From Candidatus Shapirobacteria bacterium (GTDB lineage: Bacteria; Patescibacteriota; Microgenomatia; UBA12405), in contig JBAYIT010000002.1 of assembly GCA_041665485.1 (NCBI GenBank), forward strand, positions 197,867 through 261,866: 64,000 nt of DNA, given 5' to 3'. The notes beneath the pieces are model-generated. The model searched no databases. It had not been told where the DNA came from and saw nothing but the letters and a program-made list of their open reading frames with translations. This document shows positions 39,210-47,384 of this stretch, piece by piece. A program made the translations under genes and the position numbers. The first letter of the stretch is position 1. Every line of letters begins with the position of its first letter.

Positions 39210-40298
39210 TTATCTCCCAAACCACACCTCCATCTCATCAAACACCGGGTAGCTAAACGACACTTCTTGGCCGGCGAAGCGCGCTTCTTTCCCCCACACA
39301 AACGCTCGATTAACATCCTCGCTCATTTGTCCCGATATTTTCCTCAACACCTCTTTTAACGTCTGTCCCCGTTTCATCACTAATGGCTCTTTTCTATCTC
39401 CTTCGCTCGTTCTCTCTCTTTTCAAATACACCCTCACCCGTCCTAATTTTTGCCACACCTTTTCCTTAAACTCTTCTATCCCTGTTCCCTTATCCGCACT
39501 GATATACACTCTATCTTTTGACATTGGAAATTTGGCATTAGAAATTTCGTCAATCTTAGTTACTACCTCCAGTAAGGGGATATATGTTCTCGATTTGGCC
39601 AAACCATCGATAAATCGGTCTATAGTTTCAATTTTTTCTTGTAGCTGTATCACTACATTTTCCAGCCCCATTTCTCGGGCCACTGTTTCCATCATCTCCA
39701 CCGGTAATACCCCAAAAGCATCCATAATTCGAATACTCCCCGCTCCACTTCGATCAACTTGCATTTTTGGTGGCCTTTGATTAAGCCTCACCCCTGCCTC
39801 CTCCATTTCCCTCCTAATCTTGTCAAGCCAGGCAATTCTCTTGATATCAATCATCAACACCACTAAATCCGAGGCTCTAATCACCGACAGCACCTTTTTT
39901 CCAAAACCCTTACCCGAGGCTGCCCCTTCAATAATTCCCGGTAAATCCAACATCTGAATTCTTATTCCCTTATATTCCATCATCCCCGGCACCACTCCTA
40001 AAGTCGTAAAATCATAGTTGCCGACTTTCGATTCAGCGTTAGTCACCGCATTAAGTAAAGTTGATTTCCCCACCGATGGTAAACCTACTAAAACCACCGA
40101 AGCATCGCCTGAATGCTTAATTGCATACCCGCCTCCGCCACCCCCTCCGCTGGCAATTTTAGCCTCCAACATGTCTCTTAATTTGGCCAACTTGGCCTTC
40201 AACACTCCATGATGAAATTGGCTACTTTTGTCATAAGGAGTGTCATGGATCTCCTTTTCCACCGCTATTATTTTGGCTGATATTTCCTCTTTAATCAT
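39210..40298 (-). CDS. DRG-like OBG-family GTPase with TGS domain
   Basis: N-terminal EKEI..T..K...H.G.LKAKLAKLR; GLPSVGKST, YDFTTL, DLPGIIEGA. Confidence 0.85.
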   Translation of the reverse strand: MIKEEISAKIIAVEKEIHDTPYDKSSQFHHGVLKAKLAKLRDMLEAKIASGGGGGGGYAIKHSGDASVVLVGLPSVGKSTLLNAVTNAESKVGNYDFTTLGVVPGMMEYKGIRIQMLDLPGIIEGAASGKGFGKKVLSVIRASDLVVLMIDIKRIAWLDKIRREMEEAGVRLNQRPPKMQVDRSGAGSIRIMDAFGVLPVEMMETVAREMGLENVVIQLQEKIETIDRFIDGLAKSRTYIPLLEVVTKIDEISNAKFPMSKDRVYISADKGTGIEEFKEKVWQKLGRVRVYLKRERTSEGDRKEPLVMKRGQTLKEVLRKISGQMSEDVNRAFVWGKEARFAGQEVSFSYPVFDEMEVWFGR

Positions 40299-40331
40299 CT
40301 TTAAGGTAAAATCGTCAAGACTTATTATATT

Positions 40332-41717
40332 ATGAAAAAGCTTTTTCTTACTGTTTCCATTCTAGTTTCTTGTTTCATGTTTCTGGTTTCTAACATTTTT
40401 GCTAATAACAAAAATGTTTTTGGCCTTCATCTTACCCAAATTTCCGACGTTGACAAGGCTAAAAACATCATTAACAGTAGTGGTGGCGATTGGGGCTATG
40501 TCACTATCGTTCTTCCCTTAAACCAAATGGATAAAAATGCCTGGCAGGATTTTTTCAACAATTGCCGTTCCTCCCACCTTATTCCCATTGTTCGCTTAGC
40601 CACCATTATCGATAATGACGATTGGATTCAGCCATCCTTTTCTAATATCGACAACCAAGCTGACTTTTTGGCTTCTCTTAATTGGCCAACCTCTCAAAAA
40701 CATATCATTCTTTTTAATGAAATTAACCACGCCTCCGAATGGGGTGGGGGAGTCGATGTCAAGAAATACGTTGACTTGGCTCTTTACGCCATCGGTAAAT
40801 TCAAATCCCTTGACCCTAATTTCTTTATTATGGGAGCTGGGCTCGACCTGGCCGCCCCCAGCTCTCCCCCCAATTTTCTTTCTGCCAGTGATGTTTATAA
40901 TCAAATTTACCAATATAATCCAGACTATTTCAATCAAGTCGACGGATTGGCTTCCCACTCTTACCCTAATCATGGCTATGTTGGCACTCCCTCCGACACT
41001 GGCCAACACAGTATTAAAGGCTATCTTTGGGAACTAAAATTCCTCAAAAATCTCGGAGTTTCAAAAACTCTTCCTGTTTACATCACCGAAACCGGCTGGC
41101 CTCATCGGGAAGGGGTCGTTAAAAACAACTCTTTTTATTCGGTCACTACCAGCGCCAAGTTTCTCGAACAAGCTATAAGCTTCTGGTCCAAGGATCCGCA
41201 AGTTGTCGCCATAACTCCATTTATATTTAATTATCCTAATGAGCCTTTTGATCATTTTTCCTGGCTCGACCGCTCTGAATCTCTTTATCCACCGTATCAA
41301 AATTTAATATCTCTCCCTAAAACCGCCAACGCCCCCGTCCAAACCAATAGCTATAAAATCGGTAATTTTTTAATTCCACTTGTTCTCTTCCCTGATGTTG
41401 ACTATCGGGGCAAAATTATTCTCACCAACACCGGCCAGAGTATCTGGGGGGCAGGGGAAACAAAGTTTTGTCTTAAATCCATTTCCAGCTCCAATCTTTC
41501 CGTTACCAATCTCTGTGTCGACGACAATCTAATTCCTCCTCAAAAAAGCACCGAAATTGTTTTTAACTTTAAGATTGTCGACCCCAAAGCCCACTCCTTC
41601 CTCCAATGGGAAAATACTCCCCAATACCCCATTGAAGCTTTTTATACCAACGCCACCATCTATCATCCTCAATACTCTCTCTGGCAATCCCTCAAAATGC
41701 TTTTTACTCGAATTTAA
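40332..41717 (+). CDS. Secreted glycoside hydrolase-like protein (clan GH-A-like) with Ig-like C-terminal domain
   Basis: Signal peptide; FNEIN, SHSYP, ITETGW. Confidence 0.65.
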   Translation: MKKLFLTVSILVSCFMFLVSNIFANNKNVFGLHLTQISDVDKAKNIINSSGGDWGYVTIVLPLNQMDKNAWQDFFNNCRSSHLIPIVRLATIIDNDDWIQPSFSNIDNQADFLASLNWPTSQKHIILFNEINHASEWGGGVDVKKYVDLALYAIGKFKSLDPNFFIMGAGLDLAAPSSPPNFLSASDVYNQIYQYNPDYFNQVDGLASHSYPNHGYVGTPSDTGQHSIKGYLWELKFLKNLGVSKTLPVYITETGWPHREGVVKNNSFYSVTTSAKFLEQAISFWSKDPQVVAITPFIFNYPNEPFDHFSWLDRSESLYPPYQNLISLPKTANAPVQTNSYKIGNFLIPLVLFPDVDYRGKIILTNTGQSIWGAGETKFCLKSISSSNLSVTNLCVDDNLIPPQKSTEIVFNFKIVDPKAHSFLQWENTPQYPIEAFYTNATIYHPQYSLWQSLKMLFTRI

Positions 41718-42049
41718 CCCTTATTAACCCACACCCGCTTCTTATTTATTTCTTCTTTCTCCCGAAAAACCTCTTCCAAGTCGATGTTAAATCGATTACA
41801 AATACATAACAAATAGAAAAATACATCAGCAACTTCGTGTTCAAGTAAAAATTTCTCCGACTTATTATCAATCTTTATATTTTGAGTCTTTCTTGCCGCC
41901 TTAGCCATTTCCCCACATTCTTCAAGAAAAAGCATAAAAATCTCAGGAACAGTTTCTTTATCGAAACCACGTTGCTTAACCATTTTTCCAACATACTTCT
42001 GAAAATCTTGAAGGGTTGGCCTTTTCTTAAAAATAAGACTATGTTGCAT
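41714..42049 (-). CDS. MazG-like nucleotide pyrophosphohydrolase
   Basis: LEECGE..EHEVAD motif; start placed at MQHS because the longer ORF overlaps tRNA-Lys. Confidence 0.82.
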   Translation of the reverse strand: MQHSLIFKKRPTLQDFQKYVGKMVKQRGFDKETVPEIFMLFLEECGEMAKAARKTQNIKIDNKSEKFLLEHEVADVFFYLLCICNRFNIDLEEVFREKEEINKKRVWVNKG

Positions 42050-42057
42050 ATTATTAG

Positions 42058-42130
42058 TGGGTTGCGCGAGACTCGAACTCGCGACCGATCGCTTAAGAGG
42101 CGATTGCTCTACCAACTGAGCTAGCAACCC
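42058..42130 (-). tRNA. tRNA-Lys(CTT)
   Basis: Anticodon loop CTCTTAA. Confidence 0.93.
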
Positions 42131-42131
42131 G

Positions 42132-42203
42132 TACGCCTAGGAGGAATTGAACCTCCATCACTAGTTCCGAAGACTAGTACTCTATCCATTGAGCTATAGG
42201 CGC
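42132..42203 (-). tRNA. tRNA-Arg(TCG)
   Basis: CTAGT-CTTCGGA-ACTAG anticodon arm. Confidence 0.9.
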
Positions 42204-42204
42204 G

Positions 42205-42278
42205 TATCCCCAGCAGGAATCGGACCTGCGACCTCTTCCTTAGAAGGGAAGCGCTCTATCCAACTGAGCTATGGGGAC
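42205..42278 (-). tRNA. tRNA-Arg(TCT)
   Basis: CTTCC-CTTCTAA-GGAAG anticodon arm. Confidence 0.9.
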
Positions 42279-42326
42279 AAGACAGCTTATTGTAGCAAAA
42301 TATTGATAAAATAGGCTTACACACGA

Positions 42327-42408
42327 GCCGCAGTGGTGAAATTGGTATACACGTACGCTTTAGGAGCGTATGCCGAAAGGCGTGGAGGTTCAAGTCCTCT
42401 CTGCGGCA
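42327..42408 (+). tRNA. tRNA-Leu(TAG)
   Basis: TACGC-TTTAGGA-GCGTA anticodon arm; variable arm. Confidence 0.92.
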
Positions 42409-42429
42409 CATTTCTGCTACACTATTCTT

Positions 42430-43257
42430 ATGCTCTGGTTAATCCTCTTAACCTTCTTTTGTCACCCGGTGGTTTTTGCCCAGAATATCCCCAGCCCCCT
42501 CGTCACCCAAGATCTAGGATCTACCATCCAAGAACCAATCCCCACACCAACCCCAAACATCCTCCTCCAATATCAAACCGACTATCTATATCAGCGCGAT
42601 CTTTACCAGCAAGCCTACCTCACCTACATCAATAAGCGCCAAGTTCACACCAAATATCAAAGTCTAACTACTCAAAAAGACAAGCTCGAAGCCACTAAAA
42701 ACGCCCTTTTGGCTAGAAACAATCTTCTCAAAAGTTATCTTCTGGCCCTCCGTGTTAGCCTTGACCCCTACAAAACTCAGAACCCCACTGAAACCGAGAA
42801 AAATCAAATTGAAATCAGTAAATGGGAAACTTATTTTGACGAACAGAACTCGATTGTCTCCGCTCTTAATAACGAAGCAGACATCAGCCGTTGGGCCAAT
42901 GATTTCAAAACTAAATACATCTCCATCCAGCAGGTTATTTACGCCGCCCTAGTCCGCCAAGAGGTCAATCAAAAAAGTTCCATCATTGCCGATATCGAAA
43001 CCCTGGCCACCACTATTCAATCAAACCCCAACCTCAAACCCGAAGGTCAAAACTGGTTTAGCAACCTCCCCATTAAAATAGATTTAGTCAAAACCGCCAC
43101 CAATGACGCTTTTAATCAAAGCCAACGCCAACAAAATCAAAACAACTTTATTAATTTCTACCCCAGCGCCAAAGTTGAGCTAAATAAAGCCACCGGCTAT
43201 CTTACCGAAATCAACGACAACCTTAAATCAATCGTCATTAAATTTTGGCAAAAATAA
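42430..43257 (+). CDS. Secreted helical hypothetical protein
   Basis: Signal peptide MLWLILL..VFAQ; start moved downstream of the tRNA. Confidence 0.7.
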   Translation: MLWLILLTFFCHPVVFAQNIPSPLVTQDLGSTIQEPIPTPTPNILLQYQTDYLYQRDLYQQAYLTYINKRQVHTKYQSLTTQKDKLEATKNALLARNNLLKSYLLALRVSLDPYKTQNPTETEKNQIEISKWETYFDEQNSIVSALNNEADISRWANDFKTKYISIQQVIYAALVRQEVNQKSSIIADIETLATTIQSNPNLKPEGQNWFSNLPIKIDLVKTATNDAFNQSQRQQNQNNFINFYPSAKVELNKATGYLTEINDNLKSIVIKFWQK

Positions 43258-43629
43258 ATGGACACCTACCAAAACCCCCTCTATACTTCCTCTACTCCAA
43301 TTAAAACCACTGAAGTTGGTTCTCAAACTCCGATTAAATCAAAGTTTAATCTTCCTAAAGACCGAAAAATTATCGCCATTATCGGCCTTTTTGGTTTTAC
43401 TTTAATTCTTCTTCTTATTAGTACTATTGTCAGTGCTGGCAAAAAAACAAAAGTCACTGTCAACCAAGTTACTCCAACTCCGATTCCTTCAATTATCCTC
43501 CCGACTCCTAACTTTCAGCTTATTCCCGAAACGCTCAAGCCATCGTTTGATTCAATTGATCAAAAAATCAAAAACCCGGGCAACTTTCTACCTATCCACC
43601 AAATCGACCCAGACATCGGCCTAAACTAA
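43258..43629 (+). CDS. Single-TM hypothetical protein
   Basis: One TM helix and a PT-rich linker; abuts the previous stop. Confidence 0.65.
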   Translation: MDTYQNPLYTSSTPIKTTEVGSQTPIKSKFNLPKDRKIIAIIGLFGFTLILLLISTIVSAGKKTKVTVNQVTPTPIPSIILPTPNFQLIPETLKPSFDSIDQKIKNPGNFLPIHQIDPDIGLN

Positions 43630-43657
43630 GATCTAGGATCTAAGAACTAAGATCTAA

Positions 43658-44221
43658 TTACTTCCTCGACAAATATGCTCCTGTTTCCGTACTTATTGAA
43701 ATGTCATCTCCCAACTTCACAAATAATGGCACTTGAATTTTCGCTCCCGTGTCCACTACCGCCGTTTTCATGGCATTGGTCGCTGTATCTCCCTTAACTG
43801 AATTCTCCGTATCCACCACCTTGCAAATAATACTCTTTGGCAAAGTCAATCCTACTGGTTTCTCTTCATAAAACTTAATTCGGTAAAGAAGACCTTCTTT
43901 CAAATAAACCTTATCATCTCCCACAATTTCGGATGGCACCGGGTATTGCTCAAAAGTTCTTGGCTCAATAAAAACATAATTACTACCGTCAAAATACGAA
44001 TATTCTGCTTCATGTGTTTCCACCATCACTTCTTCAACTTTTTCTCCCGATTTGTAGGTATATTCCACCACCCTCCCTGTAAACAATGATTTTAATTTCG
44101 TTCTATAAAATGCCGACCCCTTTCCCGGAGACACAAAGCCAATGTCCACCACAATATGTGGCTCATCATGAAAAATAATATAAATGCCTTTTTTGAATTG
44201 CGCCGTGCTTATCATTCCCAT
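43658..44221 (-). CDS. efp: Elongation factor P
   Basis: SPGKGSAF, VKGDTA, VPLFV, G.YLSR. Confidence 0.95.
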   Translation of the reverse strand: MGMISTAQFKKGIYIIFHDEPHIVVDIGFVSPGKGSAFYRTKLKSLFTGRVVEYTYKSGEKVEEVMVETHEAEYSYFDGSNYVFIEPRTFEQYPVPSEIVGDDKVYLKEGLLYRIKFYEEKPVGLTLPKSIICKVVDTENSVKGDTATNAMKTAVVDTGAKIQVPLFVKLGDDISISTETGAYLSRK

Positions 44222-44260
44222 AAGGCCTATTTTACCTCAACCGCCACCAATTTCCCACCC

Positions 44261-44677
44261 CTATTTTTTCAATCCCTCTAATCTCCCTTTGACAAGGGAG
44301 ACTTCTAAAACATTTTTTATATGAGCAGGATCATTTAACACTTCACCATTTGTAAATCTAATTGTTTTAATTCCAATTTGTTCTAAAAACTTATCTCGCT
44401 TGCGGTCATATTCTATTTTTTTAATATGAGAACCACCGTCAATTTCGATGGCTAAATTTAACTCTGAACAGTAAAAGTCAACTATAAATCTATGGATTGG
44501 TTTCTGGCGCAAAAATCTGAACCCTGTCTTATTCCTAGCCAAATAATCAACCCACATTTTACGTTCTGCCTCAGTTGGATTGTTCCTATTTTTCTTTGCC
44601 ACAAAAGCCAACTGACTCAAATATCTCACACATCCTCTCTCCGAATGTATCGCCTCCGATTCAATTTTCTTTCTCAC
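44261..44677 (-). CDS. DUF559 / very-short-patch-repair-like endonuclease
   Basis: T.AE..W, FLRQKPI..FIVDFYC..IEIDGGSH..RD motif. Confidence 0.88.
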   Translation of the reverse strand: MRKKIESEAIHSERGCVRYLSQLAFVAKKNRNNPTEAERKMWVDYLARNKTGFRFLRQKPIHRFIVDFYCSELNLAIEIDGGSHIKKIEYDRKRDKFLEQIGIKTIRFTNGEVLNDPAHIKNVLEVSLVKGRLEGLKK

Positions 44678-44698
44678 AACACAATTGTATTCATATTA

Positions 44699-44847
44699 TC
44701 CCCCTCCTTGTCAAAGGGGGGGGTAGGGGGGAAGATTGAACACAAACTTGTCAAAGTTTATCCACCAATGGTGAAGAGGGGGTAGGGGGGAAGATTGAAC
44801 ACAAACTTGTCAAAGTTTATCCACCAATGGTGGAGAGGGGGTAGGGG
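44699..44847. repeat. G-rich palindromic element with a ~59-bp tandem duplication; related copy at 54804-54910
   Basis: TCCCCCTCCTTGTCAAAGG..GGGGTAGGGGGGAAGATTG is shared with 54804-54843. Confidence 0.8.
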
Positions 44848-44966
44848 AAAGGGTTTAGGCCAAAAAAAATCCCAGAGCGTGCTTTTAGAGGAGCCACCCC
44901 GGGATCTAAGGAGTCACTATAGCACTATCTACTACAACTGTCAACTACCCAATTGTTACACATCAC

Positions 44967-45578
44967 CTAAAAATCTCCCGTACTCAATTGTCCAATGAAT
45001 TTACTTACTCCAAACGCCCAAGATCCATTAGAGCTCGGGCAATATTTTTTCATAATCAACTCCGGCGTATTAAGGCCCTTATCGAAATATTGCTTCTTTA
45101 AATATTCGGCATAACTATTCAACGCTAGCTCATAATTATCAAAGCCCAATGTCCCCTTACTATGAATTCCATAACCCCAGCAATTGTGGGAACCATCAGG
45201 AATCTTCTTACACAAATTCGACTCTTGTTGAGCAATCGCCACCATCCAGTAAAAATCAAACTGATATCTGTCCGATAACTCCACTATCATTTCTGCATAA
45301 GGCAATAGGGGGGAATTATATTTTTTCAAATACCGTCTGACTATCTCTGCCCTGGCATCTTTGCCTCTAATGTCACTTTTAACCTCAACTTCACTATTTT
45401 CCGTTTCCATTGCTCTGGCCACTTCCACCGGTTGTGATGGCTCTTGCCACCCCAGCCAACCAAGTTCTACTGATTCTACTTTTTTTGGTCCAATCAAGCT
45501 CATTGCCTCCCAATACATCAGGCCACCACCACCCAAAACCACCATTATGACAAAGAAAATTCTCGCAATAAATCTCAC
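44967..45578 (-). CDS. Membrane-anchored lysozyme-like/glucosaminidase-like protein
   Basis: AIAQQES, NCWGYG, KYCP..W motifs. Confidence 0.65.
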   Translation of the reverse strand: MRFIARIFFVIMVVLGGGGLMYWEAMSLIGPKKVESVELGWLGWQEPSQPVEVARAMETENSEVEVKSDIRGKDARAEIVRRYLKKYNSPLLPYAEMIVELSDRYQFDFYWMVAIAQQESNLCKKIPDGSHNCWGYGIHSKGTLGFDNYELALNSYAEYLKKQYFDKGLNTPELIMKKYCPSSNGSWAFGVSKFIGQLSTGDF

Positions 45579-45606
45579 CTTGTATCTATGGTATCATAAC
45601 CACCAA

Positions 45607-46362
45607 ATGATGTCAGCCCCACTTAAATTGAAACTTGATCCCGATCAAAAATTTACTTTAACTGGCGAAATTAAGGCCGAAGATGTTCGCTCTGCCTATC
45701 AAAAAAACCTCGTTCATCATCAGCAACATTTAAAACTTGATGGTTTCCGCCCCGGCAAAGTTCCCCTAAATCTCGTCACTCAAAACACCGATCCCCAAGA
45801 ATTACTTGAAGAAACTATTAACGAATCGGTTTCTCAAATTTACCAATTATCTTTAGACCACCATCAATTAAAACCTATTATCCCGCCCCAGGTTAGCTTT
45901 CTCTCCACCAAATTCGAACTCGACAAAGACTGGCCACTTGAAATAACCTCCTGTCTTGTTCCCAAGATAGAGCTCAAGCCCACCCTCTATTCTCTAATTG
46001 CCAAACTCGACTCGAAATTAGAATTAAAGGCCAAAACAGAAAAAGTAATTTCACTTTTAGAAAAGTCCACCAAAATCACTGTTCCTCAAATTCTTCTTGA
46101 TTATGAATTTTCTCGACAAAAGCCAGATTCAAAAAAACCAACTCCCCAAGACAAGGCTGAGTTTGAGGCTAAACTAACCAATGAATGGGCTGTCAATTTG
46201 GCCATCAATCAAATCGCCACAAACGAAAAGATTAGTGTTTCTCCAGAAGAGATGAAAGCTGTCATTTCTCAAAACCCTTCTTTGTCCCAAAATCCAAATC
46301 TTGTTTATTACCTTCTCTTGCAACAGAAAGCTATCGACTTTCTCCTGGCTAAAATCAGCTAA
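45607..46362 (+). CDS. tig: Trigger factor (short; apparently lacks the FKBP domain)
   Basis: DGFRPGKVP ribosome-binding motif; C-terminal helical domain. Confidence 0.8.
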   Translation: MMSAPLKLKLDPDQKFTLTGEIKAEDVRSAYQKNLVHHQQHLKLDGFRPGKVPLNLVTQNTDPQELLEETINESVSQIYQLSLDHHQLKPIIPPQVSFLSTKFELDKDWPLEITSCLVPKIELKPTLYSLIAKLDSKLELKAKTEKVISLLEKSTKITVPQILLDYEFSRQKPDSKKPTPQDKAEFEAKLTNEWAVNLAINQIATNEKISVSPEEMKAVISQNPSLSQNPNLVYYLLLQQKAIDFLLAKIS

Positions 46363-46382
46363 GTTTGCTAGAATCATTGCCA

Positions 46383-46967
46383 ATGGCAGGTGGTTTTGCT
46401 GTAAAGCTAGACCCCAATAAGGTCAAAAACCTTCGTAATGGTTTAAGTGGCGAGTTCGACTCGAAAACTTACTCGTCTCAAAATTCTCCCGACACTCCCA
46501 AATTTTCTCTCCGTGGTATCCTCGGTCTTGGTCAGTCAGTAGAAATTAGCCATTCTCCTAAAACCAATTGGGGGGAAAAGCTTTATTTTGGAGGCAATCA
46601 TCTTGATGTTGAAATTCAGCGCCTCCGCGACAACCAAAAAGAAGATCTGGAAAAAGTCATCAAACAGCTTCAGGAAGAAATAAAACTTATGAAAACCGCC
46701 CTAGGCACCATGGAAAAAGTTGGCGACGAGATTGTTCTCCAGCCTATTTCTGAAATTAGCGAATATCAGCTTAATTTTATTTCCCGTATCAGAAACTTTC
46801 TCTCATCTCTCCGCCAAAACATCAATCAGGCCACTATTTGGATGGAAACTTTCAACCGTAAAAAGAAAAAGAAAAATTATTTTTGGTCAACCGCCAAGGA
46901 CAAGAAAAAAGGTGGCCAACAATATATGTTTAGCAATGAGCACTCCGCCGCCCGTTCCGGTACCTAA
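46383..46967 (+). CDS. CPR-type hypothetical protein (DUF5660-like)
   Basis: Coiled coil and C-terminal KKKK.YFW..GGQQYMFSNE pattern. Confidence 0.55.
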   Translation: MAGGFAVKLDPNKVKNLRNGLSGEFDSKTYSSQNSPDTPKFSLRGILGLGQSVEISHSPKTNWGEKLYFGGNHLDVEIQRLRDNQKEDLEKVIKQLQEEIKLMKTALGTMEKVGDEIVLQPISEISEYQLNFISRIRNFLSSLRQNINQATIWMETFNRKKKKKNYFWSTAKDKKKGGQQYMFSNEHSAARSGT

Positions 46968-46991
46968 AAGTTTTGCTATAATCCCTTTGTT

Positions 46992-47065
46992 GACCGCTTA
47001 GCTCAGTTGGCTAGAGCATTCCGTTGACATCGGAAAGGTCGGTGGTCCGAGTCCACTAGCGGTCA
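46992..47065 (+). tRNA. tRNA-Val(GAC)
   Basis: TTCCG-TTGACAT-CGGAA anticodon arm. Confidence 0.92.
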
Positions 47066-47148
47066 CAAGAAGGCAAAGTCGAAGGGGAGTTTATCCGCCT
47101 TTGGCGGAATCCCTTCCAGACTCACAAGTTTAATGTTATAATCTCTCA

Positions 47149-47267
47149 ATGTACTCAAAAGTTTTAGTCACTACTACCACTACCAACTCCCTTTTCGGGG
47201 GATGTGTTAGTGGCTAAAACCAAAATTTTAACCTTTAAGACGCCTCCCGAAAAACGGGAGGTTTTTT
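47149..47267 (+). promoter_or_regulatory. Thr-rich leader peptide (47149-47217) and attenuator upstream of thrS
   Basis: Peptide MYSKVLVTTTTTNSLFGGCVSG; terminator CCTCCCG-AAAAA-CGGGAGG-T6; antiterminator arm TTTTCGGGGG at 47192-47201. Confidence 0.85.
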
Positions 47268-47384
47268 ATTCGTTTCTTTAGGTGGAATTTTGGACTAAAA
47301 GGACAAAATTCTCCTAAAGACACAATCCCGATGGTGCGAAGCATAATATCGGGATTAGTTATTATTTTTTGTTAAAATACAACT

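Noticed and set aside
47076-47125. tRNA-like T-arm remnant interrupted by the palindrome TCCGCCTTTGGCGGA
   Set aside because: Too short and degenerate to support a tRNA pseudogene or att site.
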